A stretch of 64,000 bases of DNA from Alphaproteobacteria bacterium (GTDB taxonomy: Bacteria; Pseudomonadota; Alphaproteobacteria; Sphingomonadales; Kordiimonadaceae), in assembly GCA_013372975.1 (NCBI GenBank), contig JABXIS010000044.1:40959-104958 (forward strand). Direction: 5' to 3'. Of the stretch, positions 1 to 10,136 are shown piece by piece (positions within the stretch are counted from its first letter, which is position 1; each line of letters opens with the position of its first letter). The notes under the pieces are model-generated. The model was not told the origin of the DNA, made no database searches, and saw only the letters and a list, made by a program, of their open reading frames with translations. A program made the position numbers and the translations under genes.

Positions 1-261
1 CTGACAAAGCTGGCTGTTGATCCCGATGTTCAGCAGGGCGGCATGGGGCGTGCCCTTTGTGAGAAGGTCATCGAACGTTTTCAGGCACGTGGCGGCAAAA
101 CACTTTATCTGGAGACAAACACCAAGCTGGTACCTGCAATTCGCCTGTACGAAAAACTGAACTTCGTTGCGATGGACCCGCCTGAGCCAAGCCCCTATGA
201 GCGTGCAAACTATTATATGGAATGGATGGGAGCCAACAATGACCGTGCAGCAGCAGAATAA
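1..261 (+). CDS. GNAT acetyltransferase, 5'-truncated by window edge
   Basis: Frame is open from base 1 (LTKLAVDPDVQQGGMGRALCEK...LYLETNTKLVPAIRLYEKLNF), with GNAT motifs A and B. Confidence 0.85.
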   Translation: MTKLAVDPDVQQGGMGRALCEKVIERFQARGGKTLYLETNTKLVPAIRLYEKLNFVAMDPPEPSPYERANYYMEWMGANNDRAAAE

Positions 262-736
262 TGCGCGTGAGAGGGTTTCAATCGTTCCCTATACCCCGGA
301 ATACAAGCAAGCCTTTCATGATCTGAACATGGCATGGCTGGAAAAATATTTTACCGTCGAGCCAGTGCACCGGCACGCACTGGAAAACCCGGAAAGCGAG
401 ATATTGAAGGGCGGTGGCGAGATATTTTTCGCCATCCGCGACGGTAAGGCGCTTGGAACCGTGGCCATGCGAGCAGCCGGCAACGGCGTTTTTGAACTGA
501 CCAAATTGGGGGTCGATCCATCCGCACAGGGCTTCGGGCTTGGATATCTGCTTTGTGAAGCCGTAATTGACGTATTCAAGGCTAAAAAGGGCACACGCCT
601 GTATCTTGAAACGCATACCAAACTCAAGCCAGCCATGCGGCTATATGAAAAACTGAATTTCAAACTGATGCCAAAGCCAGAAGATGCCCACTATCAGGGC
701 ACAGACTGCTATATGATTTGGAGCCCTGACCAATGA
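239..736 (+). CDS. GNAT acetyltransferase, paralog of the upstream gene
   Basis: LTKLGVDPSAQGFGLG and LYLETHTKLKPAMRLYEKLNF; ATG 239 preferred over 167. Confidence 0.85.
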   Translation: MTVQQQNNARERVSIVPYTPEYKQAFHDLNMAWLEKYFTVEPVHRHALENPESEILKGGGEIFFAIRDGKALGTVAMRAAGNGVFELTKLGVDPSAQGFGLGYLLCEAVIDVFKAKKGTRLYLETHTKLKPAMRLYEKLNFKLMPKPEDAHYQGTDCYMIWSPDQ

Positions 737-1197
737 CAGAACGCCAACTCACAATCACCGCAGCAGAATCCCCGAGCGACCTAGCTGCAGTGAAGGCAAT
801 CTTTCGTGCCTTTGTCGAATTCCTGCCAATCGATCTCTCCTTTCAAGATATCGAGGGAGAAATGGCACGCTTCCCTGGCGATTTCGTTCACTTGCTGATC
901 GCCAAGTATGGTGATGCACCCGTGGGGGCCGTTGCCCTCAAGGACCATGGCGAAGGAATATGCGAGATGAAGCGATTGTATGTTCTACCAGAGGGAAGAG
1001 GGACAGGCGCCGGGCAAAAAATGTGCGAACGATTGCTGTCGGATGCAAAAGGCTTAGGATTTCACACGATGCTACTGGATAGCCTGACGCGGCTGGAGGC
1101 TGCGGTAAACCTCTATAGAAAGCTGGGCTTTGAAGAAATCCAGCCTTACAATTTCAATCCGGAAGATGATGTGGTTTATATGCAGCGTTTGCTGTAA
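733..1197 (+). CDS. GNAT acetyltransferase
   Basis: EMKRLYVLPEGRGTGAG and AVNLYRKLGF motifs; ATGA overlap with previous gene. Confidence 0.88.
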   Translation: MTERQLTITAAESPSDLAAVKAIFRAFVEFLPIDLSFQDIEGEMARFPGDFVHLLIAKYGDAPVGAVALKDHGEGICEMKRLYVLPEGRGTGAGQKMCERLLSDAKGLGFHTMLLDSLTRLEAAVNLYRKLGFEEIQPYNFNPEDDVVYMQRLL

Positions 1198-1215
1198 CGG
1201 CCTACACACCTTTTC

Positions 1216-1240
1216 TTAAACATCGAACTCTAAACTGGCC
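1216..1240 (+). promoter_or_regulatory. Upstream motif shared by both OppA genes, copy 1
   Basis: ttaaacatcgaactctaaactggcc is 20/25 identical to 2894-2918; both copies end 24 nt before the ATG. Confidence 0.6.
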
Positions 1241-1264
1241 TTTCACTGCGAAGAGGAATGGTCA

Positions 1265-2836
1265 ATGCAAGCACGCTTGGCGAAGCTTGTTCTACTGATA
1301 GCAGGGGCTTGGGCAATGATGTGCTTCTTGCCCTTATCTCAGGCAACGGCAGAAACGATATTGCGCCGTGCCGTAAGCAGCATGCCCGAAGAGTTGGACC
1401 CCCAAAAACAAAGCCAGTCAGTGCAGCGCCAGATACTGAACGACATTTTCGTGGGCCTCACCGAAATTGATCAGACAGGCCAGATTGTGCCGGGCGCAGC
1501 CGAAAGCTGGCAAATAGCCGATGGCGGAAAAACTTACATTTTCAAACTGCGAAAGAACGGACGCTGGCAGGATGGGATGCCTGTTCATGCGCAGGATTTT
1601 GTGCTCGCATTTGAACGCCTGTTCAATCTTGGCAACGCTGCCCGACAGGTGGGGCTGTTTAGCGCTATTTCAGTTACTTCCACACAAGCGAATATTATTC
1701 GTCCGGCGGTTGACGCCCTAGATGCCCTGACCTTGCAAATCAATCTCCATCAACCGTTTCCGCACTTTCTTTTCGTCCTGGCCAAACCGCCTGCGTTCCC
1801 TGTGCCCAGCCACCTATATGAATCATTGGGTGAAGACTGGGTGTTACCAGAGAACCTGATCGGCAATGGCGCTTACCAACTGGCAAGCATTGAAAAAAAA
1901 GGGCATATCATACACTTGAACAGGAGCCCCTATTTTCACAAGTTTCGACCAGATGCGGCGGAAAAGGTTCAGTATCTAAGTCCATCAGGAACCATGACGA
2001 TAGGACGCCTTATGGCCGCTGGCCTTGCGGAAATATCTTCACAGATTCCGCCCTTTCAGCGCCAGGCAGTTCAGAATTTGCCGGGGTTCGCCTTACAGTC
2101 TCAGCCAACACCATCCCTGATCTCCATCCTCATCAATACCAACTTGCAAGCACTGAAGCCTCTTTCAGTCCGGAAGGCGCTCTACTTCGCAGTTGACCGC
2201 AATGCGATCAATCACACACTGAACGCTGATTTCATTCCTGTGCGTGGCCTTGTGCCGCCACTGGAGGGATATGACAGTCTCTTGCCTGATCCTGTCGCCC
2301 GGGAAACAGCAATTGCAATGGCGCAAGAGCTGATGCAGGCGCAGGGGTATACGTCGTCAAATCCCCTCAACCTTGTACTCACAATACCCGACATATTGTC
2401 CGAGAAAACATTGGCCGCCCAGATCAAACGTGATCTGTCCCGCATCTATGTGCAGCTCGACATCATATCCTTGCCTTTTGGCGAACTTGTCCAGAATATG
2501 GGAAAAGGAGACTTCGAGCTCGTTCGGCGCAACTGGGTGGCAGACTATCCGGACCCTTATAATTTCCTTCATATTTATCGCCGTCAGTTCAACCCGGTCT
2601 TGTTCCCGGGTGACGACCCAAATCTGGATACCCTTTTTACCGCAGCAGAAAATTCACCGGAAAACCGGCTGCCGTTACTTCGGAAAGCAGAAGCTCACCT
2701 TCTGGAACAATATCTTGTTATCCCGCTTTTCATGCGCACCACTCAATATCTTGTATCTGATCGAATTTCAGGCTGGTCCAATACACCTTGGGCCGCCAAT
2801 GCCAGTCACTGGCTGACAATCAAGCAAGCCCCTTAA
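1265..2836 (+). CDS. Peptide ABC transporter substrate-binding protein (OppA/family 5 SBP)
   Basis: Signal peptide; LDPQK, PGAAESW, YIFKLR, GNGAY and RRNWVADYPDPYNFL motifs. Confidence 0.9.
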   Translation: MQARLAKLVLLIAGAWAMMCFLPLSQATAETILRRAVSSMPEELDPQKQSQSVQRQILNDIFVGLTEIDQTGQIVPGAAESWQIADGGKTYIFKLRKNGRWQDGMPVHAQDFVLAFERLFNLGNAARQVGLFSAISVTSTQANIIRPAVDALDALTLQINLHQPFPHFLFVLAKPPAFPVPSHLYESLGEDWVLPENLIGNGAYQLASIEKKGHIIHLNRSPYFHKFRPDAAEKVQYLSPSGTMTIGRLMAAGLAEISSQIPPFQRQAVQNLPGFALQSQPTPSLISILINTNLQALKPLSVRKALYFAVDRNAINHTLNADFIPVRGLVPPLEGYDSLLPDPVARETAIAMAQELMQAQGYTSSNPLNLVLTIPDILSEKTLAAQIKRDLSRIYVQLDIISLPFGELVQNMGKGDFELVRRNWVADYPDPYNFLHIYRRQFNPVLFPGDDPNLDTLFTAAENSPENRLPLLRKAEAHLLEQYLVIPLFMRTTQYLVSDRISGWSNTPWAANASHWLTIKQAP

Positions 2837-2893
2837 GCACAAACGGTCGCAAATCAGGTCTTTGGTTTAGCTATCCTAGCCAGCAAGACTTTG

Positions 2894-2918
2894 TTAAACA
2901 CCGCAATCTAGACTGCCC
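2894..2918 (+). promoter_or_regulatory. Upstream motif shared by both OppA genes, copy 2
   Basis: ttaaacaccgcaatctagactgccc is 20/25 identical to 1216-1240. Confidence 0.6.
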
Positions 2919-2942
2919 TGATTGGCAGTATGAGGATCCGGT

Positions 2943-4526
2943 ATGAAGCGTGTTTTTGGGCTATTATTTTTTCTTGGATTTGTGTCTTCATTTTTCCTTC
3001 AACCCAGCCCTTTGAATGCGGAGCAAAATCAGCCCACCCTCAGGCGCGCTACCCCCACTATCCCGAAAATTCTTGACCCTCAAAAGCAGAGCCACACCAC
3101 GGAACGCAGGCTCCTTACCGAGACCTTCACCGGGTTGGTTTCGCTTGACCCAGCAGGTAAAATTATTCCGGGCGTGGCGGAAAGTTGGACAGTATCGGCG
3201 GATGGCAGGCAATATACCTTCCGGCTGCGCGAAGATGCCAAATGGCATGATGGCGCACCTGTCGTCGCGGCAGATTTTGTGCTCGCTTTCAGACGTCTGT
3301 TTGCGCTTGGGAAAAAGGCGCCGATGGCAAATATGTATGCAGATATCGTCGGGAGCGACGCCGCTATTCAAGATTTGCAAGCCTTGGCCGACCCGGCTCT
3401 AGCAGTACTTGCTGTAGGTAGCCATACTCTGGAGATTAGCCTTCGGCGTCAATTCCAGCACTTCTTGCATACGTTGACGAGGCCACCCGCTTTCCCTGTG
3501 CCAAGCCATCTATACAAAACACTCGGGGAAGAATGGTCGAAATACGAAAATATTGTTGGCAATGGGCCATACCGTTTCGATCGCGTTATTCCCAATGAAA
3601 GTATCCGCCTGACAAAGGCATCGACATTCTATGCCGCTGAAACGGTATCCATTGAGACGGTCGAGCATGTGAATATTGGCCAAGGCATAACCATTGGCCG
3701 GTTTATGGCCGCAGGAAAGGCTGATATTTCTGCGCCCATTGGCCCCTACCAGATAGATGCCGTTCGAAACCTGCCGGGATATCATGTAGAATTGCAGCAC
3801 AACCCCTCACTTACTTTACTGCAGATCAATAGCATGGTTGAAAAGCTGGCGGATGCTCGGGTCCGGAAAGCGCTCTATCTTGCAGCCGACAGGCAAGCGG
3901 CTATTCAGATGATCAAAGCCGATTACACACCGCAATATGGCCTTGTGGCCCCCCTTGAGGAATACGAAAGCCTGGTTGGCGCGCTGCCCGATCAAGACGC
4001 CAATCTTGAGACAGCACGCGCACTGATGGAAGCCGCAGGATACGACAAAGGCAAGATGCTAGAAGTGACACTGTTGGTCTCCGACACAATTTCGTCCCAG
4101 ACATTGGCGGCCCAGATCAAACGTGACTGGGCAAAAATTTATGTGGATATGAAATTGGAGCAGGTTCGCTTCACTGAAGTGAACAAACGCACCACAACAG
4201 GCGAGTTTGAAATCGTCCGCCGCAACTGGGTCGCCGATTATCCAGATCCCTATAATTTCCTGCAGCTCTATACACCGCAGTTCAACGCTACGCTGTTCCC
4301 GTCACTTGAGCCTGCCCTTGCACAGTTGCTTGAGAGAGCTGATGCAGCCAGAGGTGGGCGCAATGCACTGCTGGCAAAAGCGGAAAAGATGATGCTGGAC
4401 ACGTATCCCGCTGTGCCCCTTTTCCTGCGTGCCGACCCCTATCTGGTGTCTGATAAGGTCGAAGGCTGGTCAACCGCCCCATTTGCTACAAACAACAGTC
4501 GTTGGCTGAAGTGGCGTGACCATTAA
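2943..4526 (+). CDS. Peptide ABC transporter substrate-binding protein (OppA/family 5 SBP), tandem paralog
   Basis: Signal peptide; LDPQK, PGVAESW, YTFRLR, GNGPY and RRNWVADYPDPYNFL motifs. Confidence 0.9.
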   Translation: MKRVFGLLFFLGFVSSFFLQPSPLNAEQNQPTLRRATPTIPKILDPQKQSHTTERRLLTETFTGLVSLDPAGKIIPGVAESWTVSADGRQYTFRLREDAKWHDGAPVVAADFVLAFRRLFALGKKAPMANMYADIVGSDAAIQDLQALADPALAVLAVGSHTLEISLRRQFQHFLHTLTRPPAFPVPSHLYKTLGEEWSKYENIVGNGPYRFDRVIPNESIRLTKASTFYAAETVSIETVEHVNIGQGITIGRFMAAGKADISAPIGPYQIDAVRNLPGYHVELQHNPSLTLLQINSMVEKLADARVRKALYLAADRQAAIQMIKADYTPQYGLVAPLEEYESLVGALPDQDANLETARALMEAAGYDKGKMLEVTLLVSDTISSQTLAAQIKRDWAKIYVDMKLEQVRFTEVNKRTTTGEFEIVRRNWVADYPDPYNFLQLYTPQFNATLFPSLEPALAQLLERADAARGGRNALLAKAEKMMLDTYPAVPLFLRADPYLVSDKVEGWSTAPFATNNSRWLKWRDH

Positions 4527-4552
4527 AAAAGGCGGGACAATGCCCGCCTTTT
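4527..4552. terminator. Bidirectional intrinsic terminator
   Basis: aaaaggcggg-acaatg-cccgcctttt between convergent genes. Confidence 0.85.
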
Positions 4553-4573
4553 CAAAACACCTATCATCGACAT

Positions 4574-5968
4574 TTAGTCGCCAGAAACGATCCGGTCCAT
4601 CAGCTGCTTCACGCTTGGGATAAAGCCGTTGGAATAAAACGGATCGGATGCGAAACGAAACGCATTGTGCCCAGCAAAAACAAGGTTGTTGTCCACACAG
4701 CCATCGTGCGCCACATCTTCCAAAGTCTTCTGGATACAGAAGCTGCGTGGGTCAGCAAGGCGGCCTGTTGAGTTCTTCTCGTTGGTTGCCCAAGAAGAAA
4801 AACGACACTGGCTCAAGCAGCCAACACAGTCAGCCTGGTCCTTGCGGATTTCAGCGCATTTGTCGGGCGTCACGAAGATCAGGCTACCGTCCGGCGTTTT
4901 CATCGCCCGCTCGAACCCTTCCTTGATCCAGCCAAGGGCTTTGCCTTCGTCAGCGCGGCGCACGATATATTTCTTGCGCTCAACCGTCAGCTCTGTATCG
5001 AACTCTTCGTCCTTCTCGGCGCGGAATTCAATCTGGCGGTCATTGCGCTGCACCAGCTCGCCAATGAAGCTGTTTTTAAGCGCGGACGAGAAAAAGCCGG
5101 TCGGGCTGAAGTTCTGCAACAGAACATCACCTGGCTTAAGGCCGAGGAGCTTCTTCTTCCATTTATCGGAAATCGGGCTTTCTTTGGTCACCAGCGGGCG
5201 CGTCCCGAACTGGAACATGATTGGACCGAGTTCTTTATTATCGATCCAGTCTTTCCATTCCTTCAGGTTCCAAACGCCACCGGCCATAATGATCGGAACA
5301 TGATCGAGGCCAAGCTTGCGCATGATCTGCCTGAGCTCAAGCACGCGTGGGTATGGATCACCCGGCTTGGTGGGATCTTCGGCATTCGAAAGGCCATTGT
5401 GGCCGCCAGCTAGCCATGGATCTTCATACACAACGCCGCCAAGCCGTTCTGCGAAATTCTTGTAAGCACGCTTCCAGAGAAGGCCAAAAGCACGACCAGA
5501 GGAAACGATCGGATAATAGTGTGCACCATATCTGGCTGTCAGCTCACCCAATTTGAAGGGCATGCCTGCGCCAGATGTCACACCATGGATCATGCCTTTG
5601 GTTTTCTCGAGCACTTCGTGCAGGATACGCTGCGCGCTGCCGACTTCCCAAAGCATGTTGATATTGATGAGGCCTTCACCGCGGGAAAGCTCCCAAGCCT
5701 TGCGGACCTGATCGATCGTACCCTTGATGGAATATTGCACCATCTCTTCGTGGCGGTCCGTGCGTGTGCGGCCCAGATATTCATGTGGCTCGACATTGCC
5801 GTGCGCATCATACTGATCAGCGATCACAGCCGAAATCGTACCGATACCACCCGCCGCGGCCCAAGGCCCGGAACTAGCCCCTGTGGAAATGGCTACGCCT
5901 TTACCACCTTCAATAAGAGGCAGAACCTCTTTGCCGCCAACACGAATGCTATTCAAACTGAAACTCAT
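4574..5968 (-). CDS. Nitronate monooxygenase-family flavoprotein with Cys cluster (FabX/UfaA-like)
   Basis: IEGGKGVAIS, LAGGHNG and AGG FMN-barrel motifs; C-terminal CVGCLSQC...FCIQ. Confidence 0.8.
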   Translation of the reverse strand: MSFSLNSIRVGGKEVLPLIEGGKGVAISTGASSGPWAAAGGIGTISAVIADQYDAHGNVEPHEYLGRTRTDRHEEMVQYSIKGTIDQVRKAWELSRGEGLININMLWEVGSAQRILHEVLEKTKGMIHGVTSGAGMPFKLGELTARYGAHYYPIVSSGRAFGLLWKRAYKNFAERLGGVVYEDPWLAGGHNGLSNAEDPTKPGDPYPRVLELRQIMRKLGLDHVPIIMAGGVWNLKEWKDWIDNKELGPIMFQFGTRPLVTKESPISDKWKKKLLGLKPGDVLLQNFSPTGFFSSALKNSFIGELVQRNDRQIEFRAEKDEEFDTELTVERKKYIVRRADEGKALGWIKEGFERAMKTPDGSLIFVTPDKCAEIRKDQADCVGCLSQCRFSSWATNEKNSTGRLADPRSFCIQKTLEDVAHDGCVDNNLVFAGHNAFRFASDPFYSNGFIPSVKQLMDRIVSGD

Positions 5969-6091
5969 TTAACTCTCCCGAAACCCCAACCTGTTACCAA
6001 CCCTTGAAACAGATCCTCCTGAGGGGATGAAACCGGCGTGATGGTACCATACGCCGGTTTCAATTCAATTAAGCAGTTCTACGTCCTGCAA

Positions 6092-8257
6092 TTAGTCGCG
6101 ACGACCGCCGCCCTTTTTAGGGGACTCTTTAGGCGGACGTGCATCAGGGTTTTCTTCACCAGTTTCCTGATCAACAACCCGCATAGACAAGCGAACCTTG
6201 CCGCGACCATCAATCTCGAGGCATTTCACATACACTTCGTCACCTTCGTTCACAACGTCGGTCACTTTTTCCACGCGCTCTTCAACAAGCTCGGAGATGT
6301 GTACGAGGCCGTCACGGCTGCCCATGAAGTTCACGAATGCACCGAAGTCCATGATGCGAACAACTTTACCCTTGTAGATCACGCCTACTTCAGGCTCAGC
6401 AACAATACCGTTGATCCAGGCTTTGGCAGCTTCAATCTCGCTTGCAACAGAAGATGCAATCTTGATTGTGCCGTCGTCCTCGATGTTCACTTTAGCACCG
6501 GTTACTTCAACGATCTCGCGGATCACTTTACCACCCGTACCAATCACTTCACGGATCTTGTCCGTTGGGATCTTCATGGTTTCGATGCGTGGTGCGTGCT
6601 CGGAAAGCTCCGTACGTGCACCAGTAAGTGCCTTGTTCATCTCGTCAAGGATGTGGGCACGGCCGCCAGCAGCCTGCTCAAGTGCCTTTTCCATGATCTC
6701 TTTGGTAATGCCAGTGATCTTGATGTCCATCTGCAGTGCAGTAACACCTTTTTCAGTACCGGCTACCTTGAAGTCCATGTCGCCAAGGTGGTCTTCGTCG
6801 CCCAGGATGTCAGAAAGAACAGCGAAATCGTCGCCTTCTTTGATCAGACCCATGGCGATACCAGAAACCGGACGGCTGATCGGAACACCCGCATCCATCA
6901 TGGAGAGAGCTGCGCCACAAACAGTTGCCATGGAGGACGAACCGTTGGATTCAGTGATCTCGGAAACCAGACGAATGGTGTAAGGGAATTCTTCAGCAGT
7001 TGGCAGAACCGCACGAACAGCGCGGAAAGCCAGCTTGCCGTGACCAACTTCACGACGGCCAGTAAAACCAACACGGCCACACTCGCCCACAGAGAATGGT
7101 GGGAAGTTATAGTGCAGCATGAAGTTTGAGCGCCAGCTACCTTCGAGGGCATCGATGATCTGCTCATCTTCGCCGGTGCCGAGGGTTGCAACAACCAGTG
7201 CCTGTGTTTCACCGCGGGTGAAAAGCGAGGAACCGTGGCTGCGTGGCAATACGCCAACTTCAGACATGATCGAACGAACGTCCGCGAGGCCGCGGCCATC
7301 GATACGTTTGCCAGTCTCAAGGATGTTGCCGCGAACGATCTTGCTCTCAAGCTTCTTGGTCAGGTCACCAACCATTTGCTCTGTCAGCTGGTCATTTGCT
7401 TCCAGAACAGGTGCAACCGCTTCCTTGATCTTCGCTTTCGCTTCGTTGATCTTGGTTACACGATCTTGCTTGGTAGTGATTTCGTAAGCAGCACGCAGGT
7501 CAGCTTCACCTGCGTCAGCAATTGCTTTCACCAGATCATCCTTGTTCGGGCCTTCTTCAAGCTCCCAAGGGTCTTTCGCAGCAACTTCAGCAAGTTCGAT
7601 GATCGCATCGATCACTTTTTGCTGTGCTTCGTGGCCGAAGTTAACAGCGCCAAGCATAACGTCTTCAGACAGCTCTTTTGCTTCGGATTCAACCATCAGA
7701 ACCGCGTCTTTTGTGCCTGCAACAACAAGTTCAAGCTCAGACTCTTTCACTTCTTCAAGTGATGGGTTCAGAATGTATTCACCGTCTTTGTAGCCAACTT
7801 TCGCACCACCGATCGGGCCAAAGAATGGCAGGCCGGAAAGCGTAAGGGCAGCAGACGCACCGATCATGGCAACGATATCGCTATCGTTCTCCAGATCGTG
7901 GCTGAGAACTGTACAGATAACCTGTACTTCGTTTTTGAAGCCCGATGGAAACAGCGGGCGGATCGGACGGTCGATCAGACGGGAAACCAGTGTTTCCTTC
8001 TCGGATGGACGGCCTTCACGCTTGAAAAAGCCGCCAGGGATTTTACCGGCAGCGTAGAATTTCTCGATATAGTTTACGGTCAGTGGGAAAAAGTCCTGAC
8101 CCGGCTTAACCGATTTGGCACCAACAACGGTACACAGCACTTCGGTGTCGCCATATTTGGCCATTACGGCCCCATCCGCTTGTCTTGCAACGTGGCCAGT
8201 TTCCAGAGAGAGGGTACGGCCGCCCCATTCGATTTCTTTGCGATGAATATTGAACAT
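6092..8257 (-). CDS. pnp: Polyribonucleotide nucleotidyltransferase
   Basis: [25 protein letters not shown] and DMDFKVAG motifs; KH and S1 domains. Confidence 0.99.
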   Translation of the reverse strand: MFNIHRKEIEWGGRTLSLETGHVARQADGAVMAKYGDTEVLCTVVGAKSVKPGQDFFPLTVNYIEKFYAAGKIPGGFFKREGRPSEKETLVSRLIDRPIRPLFPSGFKNEVQVICTVLSHDLENDSDIVAMIGASAALTLSGLPFFGPIGGAKVGYKDGEYILNPSLEEVKESELELVVAGTKDAVLMVESEAKELSEDVMLGAVNFGHEAQQKVIDAIIELAEVAAKDPWELEEGPNKDDLVKAIADAGEADLRAAYEITTKQDRVTKINEAKAKIKEAVAPVLEANDQLTEQMVGDLTKKLESKIVRGNILETGKRIDGRGLADVRSIMSEVGVLPRSHGSSLFTRGETQALVVATLGTGEDEQIIDALEGSWRSNFMLHYNFPPFSVGECGRVGFTGRREVGHGKLAFRAVRAVLPTAEEFPYTIRLVSEITESNGSSSMATVCGAALSMMDAGVPISRPVSGIAMGLIKEGDDFAVLSDILGDEDHLGDMDFKVAGTEKGVTALQMDIKITGITKEIMEKALEQAAGGRAHILDEMNKALTGARTELSEHAPRIETMKIPTDKIREVIGTGGKVIREIVEVTGAKVNIEDDGTIKIASSVASEIEAAKAWINGIVAEPEVGVIYKGKVVRIMDFGAFVNFMGSRDGLVHISELVEERVEKVTDVVNEGDEVYVKCLEIDGRGKVRLSMRVVDQETGEENPDARPPKESPKKGGGRRD

Positions 8258-8429
8258 TTTCTAACCTTTCAGCGATTGTCCGGGTATCGCACCACATCTG
8301 CCAGACAACCTCGGCACCTTCCCTATGAAGATGCCCCGCTTAAATAAAAATCCCAGGCCTCCCGGATTAGAAGCCAAGGTGTGTTTGCTAGGCTTTGGGG
8401 AAAATAGAAAACGGACCCCCAAAAGCGAA

Positions 8430-8457
8430 GAAGGCCGGTTCCCTTGAACCGGCCTTC
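8430..8457 (-). terminator. Hairpin/terminator after rpsO
   Basis: Perfect 12-bp stem gaaggccggttc-cctt-gaaccggccttc. Confidence 0.7.
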
Positions 8458-8467
8458 CCGAACTGTA

Positions 8468-8737
8468 TTACTTCCGAAGACCCAGACGACCGATCAGCGT
8501 CGTGTAACGCCCGTGGTCTTTGCCCTTCAGATAGTCCAGCAGCTTACGACGCTGGTTTACCATCTTGATCAGACCGCGACGGGAATGGTGATCCCCTTTG
8601 TGGTCTTTGAAGTGCTCGGTCAGAGTAGCGATACGCGAAGAAAGAATTGCAACCTGCACCTCAGGGGAGCCAGTGTCGCCTTCTTGAGTGGCGTATTCTT
8701 TGATCAGTTCTTGTTTCCGTTCAGCAGTGATCGACAT
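8468..8737 (-). CDS. rpsO: 30S ribosomal protein S15
   Basis: [12 protein letters not shown]...[10 protein letters not shown]...DHHSRRGL; 89 aa from ATG 8737. Confidence 0.99.
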   Translation of the reverse strand: MSITAERKQELIKEYATQEGDTGSPEVQVAILSSRIATLTEHFKDHKGDHHSRRGLIKMVNQRRKLLDYLKGKDHGRYTTLIGRLGLRK

Positions 8738-8756
8738 CGATCTTCTCCTAAAAAAA

Positions 8757-9656
8757 TTACATATTGAAGACCCGCAAGGACCGGACAATTCCGGTGTCGC
8801 TCTCGGCTACCGCCAGTGGCGTTTCGCCAACCATGAGAACATACGTTCCTTGCTTGAGCTCAGGTCTTGCGAGGGTCATACCGCATCGGATGCGTTTCGC
8901 CTCATCTTCCGTTACGGCGAGCGCCGAGATGTCGTCCAGCGCCGTCGTGATCGGACACACATAGTCCTGAGCGGGCGCACTATGGCCCAACTCCTCCAGC
9001 TTTTCCAGCGAAATCGCGTCCTTCAGGCCAAACGGCCCAACGCGAAGGCGCCGTAGCGTCACCACATGGCCGCAACTCCCCACAGCGCGGGCAATGTCAC
9101 GCGCCAGCGAACGCACATACGTGCCCTTGCCACAGCTTACATGTAAGGCTGCCTCGCCTTTTTCTTCATCAAAGTTTTCTAGCGTAAGTGATTGAATTTC
9201 AACAGGTCTTGCCTTCAACTCCACCTGTTCACCATCCCGCGCCAATTTGTAGGCACGCTGCCCATCCACCTTGATGGCACTATAGGCCGGTGGAATTTGA
9301 TCGATGGTGCCGATGAAATGGTGCAAAACCTCAAGAATTTCAGATTCTTGCGGGATACGGCCGCCCTCTTCAATAATTTCGCCTTCAAGGTCGTCCGAAT
9401 CGGTTGCTGTGCCGAATTTAACGGTGAAGGCATATTCCTTTGTGGCGTCCACGATGAAGGGCATTGTTTTGGTGGCTTCACCTAGACCAATCGGCAAGAT
9501 GCCACTGGCGAGAGGGTCCAGCGTGCCACCGTGTCCTACTTTTTGTGCCTTGGTCAGAAACTTGACCTTGCCGACAACCTTGGAGCTGGTGATGCCAAGC
9601 GGCTTGTCGATAACCAACCAGCCATCAACTTTTTCACCCTTACGCCGACGCGCCAT
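8757..9656 (-). CDS. truB: tRNA pseudouridine(55) synthase
   Basis: [21 protein letters not shown] and [12 protein letters not shown] motifs. Confidence 0.98.
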   Translation of the reverse strand: MARRRKGEKVDGWLVIDKPLGITSSKVVGKVKFLTKAQKVGHGGTLDPLASGILPIGLGEATKTMPFIVDATKEYAFTVKFGTATDSDDLEGEIIEEGGRIPQESEILEVLHHFIGTIDQIPPAYSAIKVDGQRAYKLARDGEQVELKARPVEIQSLTLENFDEEKGEAALHVSCGKGTYVRSLARDIARAVGSCGHVVTLRRLRVGPFGLKDAISLEKLEELGHSAPAQDYVCPITTALDDISALAVTEDEAKRIRCGMTLARPELKQGTYVLMVGETPLAVAESDTGIVRSLRVFNM

Positions 9657-9658
9657 GC

Positions 9659-10063
9659 CTATTCTTCCTCGTCGTGGCCTTGAGTGTCGCGGGTCACACG
9701 TGGGTCGCGCAGGAGCGCATCAATATGGCTGGCTTCATCGAAGCTTTCATCCAACTTGAACTTCAGGCGCGGCATATATTTCATATGCACGACCTTGCTC
9801 ATTTCGCCGCGAATGAACGCGCTGTTTTTATTAAGCGCCTTCGTGATTTTTTCCTCCGGGTCGCCACCAAGCGGCATCACAAACACAGTGGCATTCCTGA
9901 GGTCTGGGCTAACCCTCACCTCGGATACTGTCACCGACGCGCGCACGAGATCAGGGTCCTGCACGTCGCCACGTGTAAGGATGGCTGAAATCGCATGGCG
10001 CACATTCTCGCCTACACGTAACAAGCGGAGGCTGGGTTCACCGGAATGATGAGATTTGGACAT
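9659..10063 (-). CDS. rbfA: Ribosome-binding factor A
   Basis: VSEVRVSPDLRNATVF and MPRLKF motifs; between infB and truB. Confidence 0.97.
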   Translation of the reverse strand: MSKSHHSGEPSLRLLRVGENVRHAISAILTRGDVQDPDLVRASVTVSEVRVSPDLRNATVFVMPLGGDPEEKITKALNKNSAFIRGEMSKVVHMKYMPRLKFKLDESFDEASHIDALLRDPRVTRDTQGHDEEE

Positions 10064-10136
10064 AGTACTGTTCCTAAACGATCAAGGGCGGCCCACGAAG
10101 GACCGCCCCGAAACTTGGGATCGGTCTTACCCGAAA

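Noticed and set aside
6038-7129. 363-aa ORF antisense to pnp
   Set aside because: Same shadow-ORF effect.
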